DNA of 64,000 nt from Nibricoccus sp. Lineage in GTDB: Bacteria; Verrucomicrobiota; Verrucomicrobiia; Opitutales; Opitutaceae. The position numbers and the translations under genes were made by a program. The notes beneath the pieces were generated by a model, which had not been told where the DNA came from, did no database searches, and saw only the letters and a program-made list of their open reading frames with translations. Of the stretch, positions 18,486-28,247 are shown in pieces. The first letter of the stretch is position 1; every line of letters begins with the position of its first letter. The stretch spans positions 2,048,001-2,112,000 of the forward strand of contig JASGHG010000001.1 of assembly GCA_047602425.1 (NCBI GenBank), read 5' to 3'.

Positions 18486-21089
18486 ATGCCCAAACCCGAT
18501 CCCCTTCCCAATTCGACCGACGCCGCGAGTCCGCTGCGTCGCCCAGAGGTGCTTGCGCCCGCTGGCGACTGGGATTGCGTGCGCGCCGCGGTCGAGAATG
18601 GCGCCGACGCGGTCTACTTCGGGCTCGAACGTTTCAACGCCCGCATGCGCGCCCACAATTTTACCGTGGCCGACCTCCCGCGCCTCATGGAGTTTCTCCA
18701 CCGCCGAGGCGTGCGCGGCTATGTGACGTTCAATGTCCTCGTGTTCGCCGACGAACTCGCCGGCGCAGCCGACTACCTGCGCTCGATCATCGCCGCTGGC
18801 GTCGACGCCGCCATCGTGCAGGATGTTGGTATCTTTCGCCTGATTCGGCAGCTCTCACCCGATTTTCCGATCCATGCTTCCACGCAGATGACGGTGACCA
18901 GTGCAGCGGGCGTGGAGTTTGCCCGCAACCTCGGCGCCGAGCTTGTCGTGCTTGCCCGTGAGAACAACCTTGACGACATCGCCAAAATCCAGGCCGCAAC
19001 CGCCGCCAATGGCACTGCACTTCCGCTTGAAGTCTTCGTGCATGGCGCACTCTGCGTCGCCTACTCCGGTCAATGCCTCACCAGCGAATCGCTCGGAGGA
19101 CGTTCCGCCAATCGCGGCGAATGCGCCCAAGCCTGCCGCTTGCCGTACGACCTGATTTCGGATGGCGAGAAAGTCGATCTCGGCGACCGCCGCTACCTGC
19201 TCAGCCCCCGCGATCTTGCCGGCATCGATGTATTGCCCGATCTGATACGCAATGGCGTCGCCTCGCTAAAAATCGAAGGTCGTCTGAAAAGCCCCGAGTA
19301 CGTCGCCAGCATCACACGCATTTATCGACAGGCCGTCGATCGCGCCATATCTGCCCTCGGTGCCGAGTCCCCGGCGGCCAAAATGTTTTCAATCCCTGCT
19401 AGCGACCGCTACGAGCTAGAAATGAGTTTCTCGCGCGGTCTTTACACCGGCTGGTTCGGCGGCACGAACAATCGAGAACTTGTCCACGCCCGTTTCGGTA
19501 CCAAGCGTGGCGTTTTTCTCGGCGAAATTTCCCGGGTGGAACGCGAGACCGTTTCCCTGCGTCTCCTCGCTCCGCTCAAACCTGGCGATGGCGTGGTGTT
19601 CGACGCCGGCCGGCCGGAAGACCGCGAAGAAGGCGGTCGCGTCTACACCATAGACCAGCAGGGCGCCGAATCCGTTCTCGCCTTCGGCCATGGCGACATC
19701 GATTTCCGCCGTGTTCACCCGAGCCAGCTTCTCTGGAAAACCAACGACCCCGCGCTTGATCGGACCGTACGACAGACTTTTGACGGCGAAAAAATCCGCC
19801 ATCAACGCCCGCTCTCGCTCGAAATCCACGGTCACGCCGGTTCTCCGCTTTCCCTGGTAGCCGACGATGGCGAAGGCCACGTCGTTCGTGTCGATTCTCA
19901 ACTCGCCCTCGTTCCCGCCACCAACCAACCGCTTACTCCAAATCGTTTGCGCGATCAACTTGGCCGCCTCGGCGGCACGCCCTTCAAGCTCGGTGAATTT
20001 TCCTCACGACTCGAAGGCGACGTCATGCTGCCCGTAAGCGAACTCAACCGCCTGCGCCGTGACGCCGTCGCCGAACTCGAACGCTTACGCGCCGCGCCCA
20101 AACGCTGGACGTTAAACTCTCCTGCTGTAGGAGCGGCTTTACGCCGCGATGGTTTGGAGGATCGCTCCATAAAGCCGCTCCTACAAACGAACCAATCGCC
20201 GGAGCTCATTCTTGTCGTCCGCGATCTCGCCCAGCTCGAAGCAGCGCTTCGCTGCGAAGGCGCCGACACGGTTTATTGCGAGTTCGAGAATCCAAAACAC
20301 TATCGCGACGCCGTTCGTCTCTTCCGCGACGACAACGCGAAACGCGATTCCGCCGATGCCGCCCGCCGCACGATCTGGGTTTTGCCTCCACGCATCTTCA
20401 AACCCGGCGAAGAATGGATCTTGAAGCAGGTTCGTTCTTCCGAGGCCGACGGCTATCTCGTACGCAACTACGACCACCTTGCCTTTTTCGCCGGTGACCG
20501 CAGGCGCGGAGATTTTTCGCTCAACGTCGCGAACCCGCTCTCGGCCGACTATTTCATCAACCATTGCGGCCTAGAGCGCGTCACGATTTCCTACGATCTA
20601 AATGTCGCGCAAACAGAGGCGCTTCTCGCGAATGCTCCTGCAAATTGGTTCGATCTTACGCTTCACCAGCACATGCCGATGTTTCATATGGAACATTGCG
20701 TATTTTGCGCGTTTCTTTCCGATGGGAAAGACTATCGGGATTGCGGGCGTCCATGCGACAAACATCAGGTAAAACTTCGTGACCGCGTGGGTGCCGAGCT
20801 ACCGCTGAAAGCCGACGCTGGATGCCGTAACACCGTTTTCAACAATCGCGCGCAAACTGGCGCCGAGTTTCTTGACCGCTTCCTTGCGCATGGCGCTCGC
20901 CATTTTCGCGTGGAATTTGCCGACGAAAAACCCGAGGAAGTCATTCGTATCGCCAATCGATATCGGCAACTATTGCGCGGGGAAATCAAAGGCGCGGACC
21001 TGTGGCGCGAATTCAAATTTATCAATCAGCTCGGCGTCACCCGTGGCCAGCTGGAAACCGCACCGCAACTCCTGCAACGCAAGACTTGA
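18486..21089 (+). CDS. peptidase U32 family Fe-S protein with DUF3656 (RlhA-like RNA hydroxylase)
   Basis: PEVLAPAG, GADAVY, IHASTQ, EVFVHGALCVAYSGQC, ANRGECAQACR, LKIEGR; LGRLGGTPF..SELNRLRR (DUF3656). Confidence 0.88.
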   Translation: MPKPDPLPNSTDAASPLRRPEVLAPAGDWDCVRAAVENGADAVYFGLERFNARMRAHNFTVADLPRLMEFLHRRGVRGYVTFNVLVFADELAGAADYLRSIIAAGVDAAIVQDVGIFRLIRQLSPDFPIHASTQMTVTSAAGVEFARNLGAELVVLARENNLDDIAKIQAATAANGTALPLEVFVHGALCVAYSGQCLTSESLGGRSANRGECAQACRLPYDLISDGEKVDLGDRRYLLSPRDLAGIDVLPDLIRNGVASLKIEGRLKSPEYVASITRIYRQAVDRAISALGAESPAAKMFSIPASDRYELEMSFSRGLYTGWFGGTNNRELVHARFGTKRGVFLGEISRVERETVSLRLLAPLKPGDGVVFDAGRPEDREEGGRVYTIDQQGAESVLAFGHGDIDFRRVHPSQLLWKTNDPALDRTVRQTFDGEKIRHQRPLSLEIHGHAGSPLSLVADDGEGHVVRVDSQLALVPATNQPLTPNRLRDQLGRLGGTPFKLGEFSSRLEGDVMLPVSELNRLRRDAVAELERLRAAPKRWTLNSPAVGAALRRDGLEDRSIKPLLQTNQSPELILVVRDLAQLEAALRCEGADTVYCEFENPKHYRDAVRLFRDDNAKRDSADAARRTIWVLPPRIFKPGEEWILKQVRSSEADGYLVRNYDHLAFFAGDRRRGDFSLNVANPLSADYFINHCGLERVTISYDLNVAQTEALLANAPANWFDLTLHQHMPMFHMEHCVFCAFLSDGKDYRDCGRPCDKHQVKLRDRVGAELPLKADAGCRNTVFNNRAQTGAEFLDRFLAHGARHFRVEFADEKPEEVIRIANRYRQLLRGEIKGADLWREFKFINQLGVTRGQLETAPQLLQRKT
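20126..20185. repeat. GTAG-type REP doublet (REPIN) inside the U32 coding sequence
   Basis: TGTAGGAGCGGCTTTACGCCGCGAT-10 nt-ATCGCTCCATAAAGCCGCTCCTACA. Confidence 0.85.
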
Positions 21090-21103
21090 GTTGCGGCGTA
21101 TCC

Positions 21104-22909
21104 TCACGCGTCGATTTTCAATTCCGTGGGAATTAAGAAATAAAAGTCGCTGCCCTCACCCGGTTTACTTGTACATGCAATAGTTCCCCCATGCGCCGTG
21201 ACAATATCGCGCGCAATTGTCAGGCCGATGCCCGCACCTTTTTTTGGCTGGCCGGGCACGCGAAAGAAACGTTCGAAAACGCGGGCTTGGTGATCCTCGG
21301 CAATACCAGGCCCCTGGTCGCGCACTCCGAAACGCACAAAACCATCGGGCGTATTTTGGGCGTAGAGAGTGATTTCGGTGCCGGCGGGCGAATATTTCGA
21401 GGCATTGGCCAGCAGATTGATGAACACGTGGCGCAACCGATCCGGATCGACCTTCACCGAACCAATGCCACCTCCAATTCTAACGACGATTTTCTGATCC
21501 ACATCGTCCGTGATGGGCTTGATCTCCCGCGCCATCTCGCCGAGCAGTGCGTCGACTTGAACCTCGCGTCGATTGAGCTGCGATGCCCCGCTTTCCAGAC
21601 GCGCGACGTCGAGCAAGTCATTCAGGATGCGCAACAGCCGGTCGGCACCGTCGCGGGCGGTTTCGAGCAATTCGCGCTGTGCCGCGGTCAGCGGTCCGAG
21701 CTGCGGTTCCAGCATGAGGTAAACCGCCATGCGCAGGCTGGTGAGCGGAGTCTTGAGCTCGTGGCTCACTGTGCCAACCAGATTGCTTTTCGCATCGTCG
21801 AGCAGACGGAATTTTGTGACGTCCTGCAAAATCAGCGCAGCGCCGCCGAAGCCCGTGAGCGTATCGCCGATCGCCAGAATGCGGGGCAAAAAATGTTTTT
21901 CTTCTCCATCCAGACGGACCGAAACCACACGATCGTAGCTTGCCGGTAAATAATGGTTTCCTGTTTTTAGCACCTGCTGCAATTGCTCCGAAAGGTCGGA
22001 TGGAAAACCCCCGGCAAATTCAGGCGCAGCCGCGATCGCCTCCGCCGCCGGGTTGCGAACCTCATGCGTGCCATCGCGAGCAATGACAAACAGCGGATCG
22101 GGCGTCGAGGTAAGGGTCGCCTCCATCGTGCGCTGCGTCCGCACCACTTTCGCTGCAGTCGCATCGCGATAAGCACGGAGCTTGGCCGACATGGTGTTAA
22201 AGGTGCGAGCCAGCTCTCCCAGTTCATCGCGTGAAAAAACCGGCACTTCCTTATCCCAATTGCCATCGCCCACGGCAACGGCCGAGGCGGTCAGCGCCTT
22301 CACAGGCCGGAGAATGGAATGAGCCAGCTGGAAAGACAAAAACAGCGAAAGCAGGATGCCGCCGATCAAAGAGGCCAGCAGGATGTTGATGCCCGTCCGC
22401 ACGATTTGGGCGGCTCGATTGGTTGCGGACCGCAGGTCGGCATAGTCGAACTCCGTGATTTCCTTCAGTGTGCGCAGCGTGCGAAAGAGCGCGACCTCAG
22501 TTTCCTGATAGGTCTGCATCGAAGCTGGCGCGCTACGCTCGAATACCGCGTCCCCCAATGCCCTGAGCTGAAAAAAAGCCTCCCCCAGTTTTTCCACCGC
22601 AGCGGCGCGGGGCGTGCCCGCCGAGGTTCCGGATTGTTCCATCAACGCTTTATTGAAACGCCCGCGATGGTTCTCGTAGGCCGGTTTCGATTCGAGCACG
22701 CGGCCGTTTTGCGCGGCGTGGATCGCCTGCACCATCTGCGCCGCTTCCTCGCTCATTTCATAACAGCCAATCATCCACCGGTAGCTGGATGCCAGGCGGT
22801 GTTCCATGGAGCGCGCCAGATCGCGTGCAATGTACACCGTGGTCAATCCAACACCAATAAACAGAAGCAAGAGCGGCAACAATCCAAGATATAGCCGGGT
22901 GCGAAGCAT
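21104..22909 (-). CDS. HAMP/PAS sensor histidine kinase (KinB-like)
   Basis: Two TMs, HAMP (DELGELARTFN), SHELKTPLTS, NLLANASKY, DQGPGI, GAGIGL. Confidence 0.9.
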   Translation of the reverse strand: MLRTRLYLGLLPLLLLFIGVGLTTVYIARDLARSMEHRLASSYRWMIGCYEMSEEAAQMVQAIHAAQNGRVLESKPAYENHRGRFNKALMEQSGTSAGTPRAAAVEKLGEAFFQLRALGDAVFERSAPASMQTYQETEVALFRTLRTLKEITEFDYADLRSATNRAAQIVRTGINILLASLIGGILLSLFLSFQLAHSILRPVKALTASAVAVGDGNWDKEVPVFSRDELGELARTFNTMSAKLRAYRDATAAKVVRTQRTMEATLTSTPDPLFVIARDGTHEVRNPAAEAIAAAPEFAGGFPSDLSEQLQQVLKTGNHYLPASYDRVVSVRLDGEEKHFLPRILAIGDTLTGFGGAALILQDVTKFRLLDDAKSNLVGTVSHELKTPLTSLRMAVYLMLEPQLGPLTAAQRELLETARDGADRLLRILNDLLDVARLESGASQLNRREVQVDALLGEMAREIKPITDDVDQKIVVRIGGGIGSVKVDPDRLRHVFINLLANASKYSPAGTEITLYAQNTPDGFVRFGVRDQGPGIAEDHQARVFERFFRVPGQPKKGAGIGLTIARDIVTAHGGTIACTSKPGEGSDFYFLIPTELKIDA

Positions 22910-22928
22910 TGTCGTGGGCGCCAAAGGC

Positions 22929-24263
22929 TCAGAGCAGGCCGAGCTTCTGGCGTTTTCGATAGAGCGTGGCGGGATCGATGCCGAGCGTGCGAGCGGCTTC
23001 GTCGAGATTGCGGGCGCTGGCCAGCGTCCGGCGGATATGCTCGGTTTCCAGCTGTTCCAGCGTCACCCGGGCGCCAACGGAAACACTGTCGTCCGCCCGG
23101 TGGGAAAACTCCTCCGGCAAGTCCGCGCTGTCGATCAAATCGCCAGAGGCAAGAATGACGGCGCGCTCGATGACGTTGCGCAATTCGCGCAAGTTGCCCG
23201 GCCAGGCATAGCGGACAAAAGCCTCCCGCACCGCGGGAGAAAAACCCCGGGTCTTTTTTCCGAGGCCGGCGGCAAAGAACGAGCAGTAGTTTTCCGCCAT
23301 TCGCATAAGGTCGGCCGGACGATCCCTAAGGCCGGGAAGATGAAGGCTGATGACGTTGAGCCGATAAAAGAGATCCTCGCGGAAACGCCCGGTTTTTACC
23401 TCTTCCGCCAGGTTCCGGTTGGTGGCGGCGATGACCCGCACATTCGAGCGACGCACCTTGGCCTCGCCCACGCGCTCATATTCCCGTTCCTGCAGCAGAC
23501 GGAGCAGCTTCGGCTGGATCTCGCGAGGGAGTTCGCCAATTTCGTCGAGAAAAAGCGTGCCGCCCTCGGCCGCGGCGACTTTGCCCAACGTGTCGCTGAC
23601 CGCGCCGGTGAAGGAGCCCTTCACGTGACCGAAGAGTTCGCTTTCGAGCAATTCGCGCGAAAGACTCGGGCAGTTGACGGTGACAAATGCGTTATCCTTC
23701 TGTGCACCGCGCCGGTGAATTTCACGGGCGAGCATGCTTTTGCCGGTCCCGCTCGGTCCGAGAATGAGAATTGTCGCCGGCGTTTCGGCCGCCTTGAATG
23801 CCATCTGCAGCACGCGCTGCACGGCGGGTTCGCTGGATTCGAAATCGATTTGCGGCGATTGCTCGACGAGTTGGGTTTCCAGCTGCTGAACGCGCTGCTC
23901 CAGCTTTCGCGCACGCGCGACCTTTTCGAGCACCTGGCGAATTTGGTCCGGAGTAAATGGTTTTGGAATGAAGTCGAAAGCGCCCCGGCGCATCGCCTCG
24001 ACCGCGGTGCTGATATTCGCAAACGCAGTGAACATCACGACGACGAGCGAAGGTTGCGCTTGTAATAGTTTTCCCAATACAGCGAGGCCGTCTTCCTGGC
24101 CAAGATTCACGTCGAGGAAGCATACGTCCACCGCTCCTTCCTCCAGCGTTTTAAGTGCGCGCAGGCCGTTAGGAACGGCAACCGCTTCGTGCCCCATGGT
24201 TTCTACGGCCAGACCGGTCGTTTTCCGGATGCCAGGTTCATCGTCAACAATCATTACGCGCAT
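22929..24263 (-). CDS. sigma54-dependent response regulator (AlgB/NtrC-like)
   Basis: Receiver domain, GPSGTGKS, ESELFGHVKGSFTGA, FLDEIGEL, WPGNLREL, HTH LGIDPATLYRK. Confidence 0.93.
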   Translation of the reverse strand: MRVMIVDDEPGIRKTTGLAVETMGHEAVAVPNGLRALKTLEEGAVDVCFLDVNLGQEDGLAVLGKLLQAQPSLVVVMFTAFANISTAVEAMRRGAFDFIPKPFTPDQIRQVLEKVARARKLEQRVQQLETQLVEQSPQIDFESSEPAVQRVLQMAFKAAETPATILILGPSGTGKSMLAREIHRRGAQKDNAFVTVNCPSLSRELLESELFGHVKGSFTGAVSDTLGKVAAAEGGTLFLDEIGELPREIQPKLLRLLQEREYERVGEAKVRRSNVRVIAATNRNLAEEVKTGRFREDLFYRLNVISLHLPGLRDRPADLMRMAENYCSFFAAGLGKKTRGFSPAVREAFVRYAWPGNLRELRNVIERAVILASGDLIDSADLPEEFSHRADDSVSVGARVTLEQLETEHIRRTLASARNLDEAARTLGIDPATLYRKRQKLGLL

Positions 24264-24451
24264 GTCGGTGCGGGAGGGGGATTATGTTCCAGCCATCTTG
24301 TTCACAGCCATGGAGGTGGTGCAAGCGCCGGCTGTATAAAAAGCCAAGGCGGGGCCGCTTGCGCGACCCCGCCAGGTCCAGCTTCAACTAACAATCCCGG
24401 AGGCTATGCCCCCGGGAATTCAAAAAATTTTTTCGAAAAGAACGGAGATAA

Positions 24452-24715
24452 TCAACCCGTGCCAGTACGTCGATGACGGTGCCAAATATACACCCAAAAA
24501 CTCACCAACGCCAGCAACAGACAGCTTATCGCCACTACGCCCCCCAAGAGACTCGCAAGGTGACTCCCAGTTCCCAAAAAAGTGAAGACAGAGCTCACAA
24601 TTGCAATCAAGAATAGCGTAATTGCCCAATTTAAAAGCAGGGCATCGTCGATCTTCAAACGCCCACAATTTTTGTGGGAGTCGGGCGGTTCGGTATATGA
24701 CTGGTAAGAGGACAT
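24452..24715 (-). CDS. divergent DUF1328 (UPF0391)-like small membrane protein
   Basis: LLNWAITLFLIAIVSSVFTF resembles the DUF1328 N-terminus; lies downstream of a sigma54-like promoter. Confidence 0.5.
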   Translation of the reverse strand: MSSYQSYTEPPDSHKNCGRLKIDDALLLNWAITLFLIAIVSSVFTFLGTGSHLASLLGGVVAISCLLLALVSFWVYIWHRHRRTGTG

Positions 24716-24750
24716 GGCGACGTGCGCTGTTTATCGACGTAAGTGCATTC

Positions 24751-24766
24751 TGCGAATTTCGTGCCA
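24751..24766 (-). promoter_or_regulatory. sigma54 -24/-12 promoter
   Basis: Minus strand TGGCACGAAATTCGCA (GG-N10-GC; one mismatch to TGGCAC-N5-TTGCA). Confidence 0.65.
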
Positions 24767-24995
24767 CCTGCAGACGCGTGAGCTACGCGTTTAAAATGAA
24801 TGCATTAGGAAAATCTTCAGAAAGACTTTCGGACGCGGCATGCAGTTTGCGGCCCGGCGGCAGACCGATTTCCCGCAAAATGCATGCCCTGCAAACGGCT
24901 CTTATACGCTCGCTTGGCGAGGGGATTTCCCGCGAAAATTCGATTTCTAATGTCGAGCCCGCAGGAATATCCGTTCACATTTTTAACCTTTGATC

Positions 24996-26234
24996 ATGTC
25001 AGCCGATTCCACTCCCTCCATATCCGCCGCTAAAAAATCCGCCGAAAGCCCGACGGCAGGAGCTCGCTTGCCCGATCTTGAAATTAAAGACGCTCAACTG
25101 ATCTTCGAGGTCGCGTGGCAGGAACTGGAGGCCGCTTTCCCTCGTAGCGAACTTCGTTTCCCAAAGGAACTCCTGCTTCTCGGTGGCGCACCTGGCGCAG
25201 GTAAAGGCACGAACACGGCTTTCATCGCGAAGGCGCGCGGGCTCACTTGCCCTCCGATCGTGATGAGTGCGTTGCTCGATTCACCCGAAGCCCGCCGCAT
25301 CAAAGATGCCGGCAGCATGGTCGGCGACCGCGAAGTCGTGGGCATTTTATTGAAGGAATTGCTGCGTCCTGAATACCGCGACGGCGTCATTCTCGACGGT
25401 TTTCCGCGTACGAAAGTTCAAGTCGAATGCTTGAAACATCTGGTCAACAAAATGCACCAGCTGCGTCGCGAGTTTTATCACACGCCGCTGAGTATTCATT
25501 TTCGTCAGCCGACGATCCACATCATGGTGCTCTTTGTCGACGAGCGCGAAAGCGTGGCGCGTCAATTGAAACGCGGCCGCGAAATCCAAAAGTACAACGA
25601 AGAAGTCCGACGGACGGGGATCGGCGAGATTCAAGAAGAACGCGCCACCGATTACGACGAGGCGCTGGCTCAACGGCGTTACCGCGTGTTCAAGGAACAA
25701 ACTTGGGCCGCCCTTCAGTCTCTGAAGGAGATTTTCTATTACCACTTCATCAACGCCCAAGGTTCGATCGCCGAGGTCGAGCAGAACATTCTTAAGGAAC
25801 TTCAATATCAGAGCACCCTCGAACTCGATCCGCGGACGCACGATATTTTGCGAAATCTGCCGGTCGCAAACGAGATCATCGTTCATGCCCGCCAGGAACT
25901 TGTGAAGCGACTCGATAGCTATCAATTCGAGCACGCGGAACTGCTCACCCGCGTCGTGGTGTTTATAGAAAAGAAAATTCTACCGATTGTGCTGCGCCAC
26001 GCGATTTCAGGCATCGCTCAGGTCAATACCGAGGATTCGCTATTGGACGATTCGCTCGCGTTGGCCATGCTCATCGACGTTTTTTCCGAACGCGGTTTCC
26101 ACGCCGTGGTCGATCTTCACCGCATCGAAATCCCGGAAAAATGCGATCTTACGACCGGGCTTATCACGTGCCGGACCAAGAAAGTGTACCGCGTCCAGAT
26201 CCGCTTCCAAGGCTCCGAAATCCGCCGCGGCTAA
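24996..26234 (+). CDS. extended adenylate kinase family protein
   Basis: GGAPGAGKGT P-loop, G.MVGD, ILDGFPRT..Q, about 140 aa C-terminal extension. Confidence 0.85.
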   Translation: MSADSTPSISAAKKSAESPTAGARLPDLEIKDAQLIFEVAWQELEAAFPRSELRFPKELLLLGGAPGAGKGTNTAFIAKARGLTCPPIVMSALLDSPEARRIKDAGSMVGDREVVGILLKELLRPEYRDGVILDGFPRTKVQVECLKHLVNKMHQLRREFYHTPLSIHFRQPTIHIMVLFVDERESVARQLKRGREIQKYNEEVRRTGIGEIQEERATDYDEALAQRRYRVFKEQTWAALQSLKEIFYYHFINAQGSIAEVEQNILKELQYQSTLELDPRTHDILRNLPVANEIIVHARQELVKRLDSYQFEHAELLTRVVVFIEKKILPIVLRHAISGIAQVNTEDSLLDDSLALAMLIDVFSERGFHAVVDLHRIEIPEKCDLTTGLITCRTKKVYRVQIRFQGSEIRRG

Positions 26235-26526
26235 AGGCCTAAAGGCGGTGGCGAGGTGCCGACTTTAGGAGAAGTTCAAGTGAATCAGGGCGTTACACTC
26301 GTCTCGGCGCTGCGTGATAGCCCATTTCGCACGGCGGCGGGTTAATCCGCCGATAGTAAGCCTCTAACCCGGATTTCTTTAATTGATTTTTTACATCGCT
26401 TTAACTTCTCCCTGTTTGGGCCGATGTAAAAGTGATGGAACCACGCCGCCCAGAAGTTGTAGCTACTGCACCGCCCCGTGACTATATTGTCGCCGTTGCG
26501 CAGCACGTTTCACCGTTTCGCTCGCG

Positions 26527-27522
26527 ATGAGTCAGCCGCTCACAAATTCCTCTCCAGCCCGCCATAGCTTCCAGGATTTGCCGGAAGCCGTGCAGACATT
26601 GTTGCGTGACGAGGCCAACCTGTCCATGGCGCGGCATATTCTCGAAGATGCCCGAAATGACGCCTTTGTTCGCAAAGATGAATTGCAGCAAAGCCGTCCG
26701 AAAATCGGTTTGCTGATGTCGAAACAACAGCGCGAGGAACTGGCCGCGGCCACTGCGGCCCTGCAAAATCAAACTCAAGTGATAGAAGCCATGCTGGCTC
26801 GCGTCGCTGCTGCACGCGAACGTCTGCAAGCCCCGCTCCGAACTCTTCTGCTCCACCACATAGAACAGGCCGATCCGCTTTATAAACAGGGCCTGCGCGC
26901 TTCGCGTTTTCATGAACACTGGCGGCGCGGCCACGCTGTCGTCGCCGATCGTCTGCAAGGGTTTCTCCGCGATCTCAAAGTCGCCCGCGCATCCCTCGGG
27001 CTCGCCGCATCCAAAGGGCAGCTCAACCATACGGAAGAGACAAACTGGAGCATCACCACTTTGCATGGCGCCAGCGCCGCACTCGATCTCGAGATCGAAC
27101 GGCTCAATCATTGGGCGGTGGAGCACGCGGCGTGCGTGAAAGGCACTCATTTTGCCCGGGTGCAACTTCCACAGCTCGAACAATGGTCCTGCGTCGCCCG
27201 CACCGAAATGCTCGGTCGCAGCACACCTTCCGTTGCCTATGCGACGGTGGAAGCGCTGTATTCCGAGTTCATCGAATATCGCCAGCCCAGCCTCGATACT
27301 CTCACCGGGATGTTTCAAGCCGCCGCCGACGAACACAGCCAGATCGCGGAGGCGCGACTGCGGCAACGCTGGAGTCAGTATTTGAATTATGCCGAGTGCC
27401 ATCTCGTCACCGATGCCGATCTCGAGCCGACGCTCGTCGACATCGAGAAACGTCTTTCCTCCAGCGAACGCGCGCGCCTCGCCGCACAATTGCCTTTCGA
27501 TCCGTTCACCACTGAACGGTGA
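26527..27522 (+). CDS. hypothetical alpha-helical protein
   Basis: 331-codon ORF with genome-like codon use filling the gap; no recognised motif. Confidence 0.65.
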   Translation: MSQPLTNSSPARHSFQDLPEAVQTLLRDEANLSMARHILEDARNDAFVRKDELQQSRPKIGLLMSKQQREELAAATAALQNQTQVIEAMLARVAAARERLQAPLRTLLLHHIEQADPLYKQGLRASRFHEHWRRGHAVVADRLQGFLRDLKVARASLGLAASKGQLNHTEETNWSITTLHGASAALDLEIERLNHWAVEHAACVKGTHFARVQLPQLEQWSCVARTEMLGRSTPSVAYATVEALYSEFIEYRQPSLDTLTGMFQAAADEHSQIAEARLRQRWSQYLNYAECHLVTDADLEPTLVDIEKRLSSSERARLAAQLPFDPFTTER

Positions 27523-27531
27523 ACCTGCCTC

Positions 27532-28209
27532 TCAGTCCGACCGATGCCGTCGAGCGCGTCCGGTCATTGGGACGAAAGAAACCGGCAGTAATTCCTCCTC
27601 TGTCCAGTCCTCGCCATTGAGATCGCGTGTGACCAGGACCAAATGCTGCCAGTGCAACGAACCTACTGGCATCACTAACCGCGCTCCCGGCCTCAATTGA
27701 TTCAGCAAAGCCTCAGGCACCTTGTCGGCCGCCGCTGCCACGAGTATGCCGTCATAAGGCGCATGCTCCGGCCAGCCGGAAAATCCATCCCGCACTGCAA
27801 TTTCAACGTTCGATAAGCCCAGTTCCGCCAGTAGCGCCTGCGCGCGCTCCGCCAGCCGCGGTACAATTTCCACGCTGTACACCGCTGTGGCCACAGCGGA
27901 CAAGACCGCGGCCTGATAAGCTGAACCGGTTCCAACATCCAAAACGCGGGCGCCTTCAGCGGGAAGCTGAAGCACCTCGGTCATGTATGCCACGATGTAG
28001 GGTTGGGAAATCGTCTGGGCCGCGCCAATCGGAAGCGGACGATCCTCGTAAGCCGCCTCGCGCTCCGATTCCGGCACAAACATATGCCTTGGCACATGCC
28101 GCATGGCTTCGAGCACCCGCTCATCCCGAATCCCGCGTGCAGCAATTTGATCGCGCACCATCTCCGAGCGCTGAAGGTCGAAAACATCGTCCGACGTTTT
28201 CATGGGCAT
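27532..28209 (-). CDS. pcm: protein-L-isoaspartate O-methyltransferase
   Basis: VPRHMFV, QTISQPY, VLDVGTGSAYQAA, APYDGI. Confidence 0.95.
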   Translation of the reverse strand: MPMKTSDDVFDLQRSEMVRDQIAARGIRDERVLEAMRHVPRHMFVPESEREAAYEDRPLPIGAAQTISQPYIVAYMTEVLQLPAEGARVLDVGTGSAYQAAVLSAVATAVYSVEIVPRLAERAQALLAELGLSNVEIAVRDGFSGWPEHAPYDGILVAAAADKVPEALLNQLRPGARLVMPVGSLHWQHLVLVTRDLNGEDWTEEELLPVSFVPMTGRARRHRSD

Positions 28210-28247
28210 AGCATAGGCCCATTTTGCCGCGGCTCAAGCCGCGCTGA

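Noticed and set aside
26482..27489. 335-aa minus-strand ORF overlapping the 331-aa plus-strand ORF
   Set aside because: The plus-strand ORF has more natural composition and upstream promoter-like elements; the choice is probable, not proven
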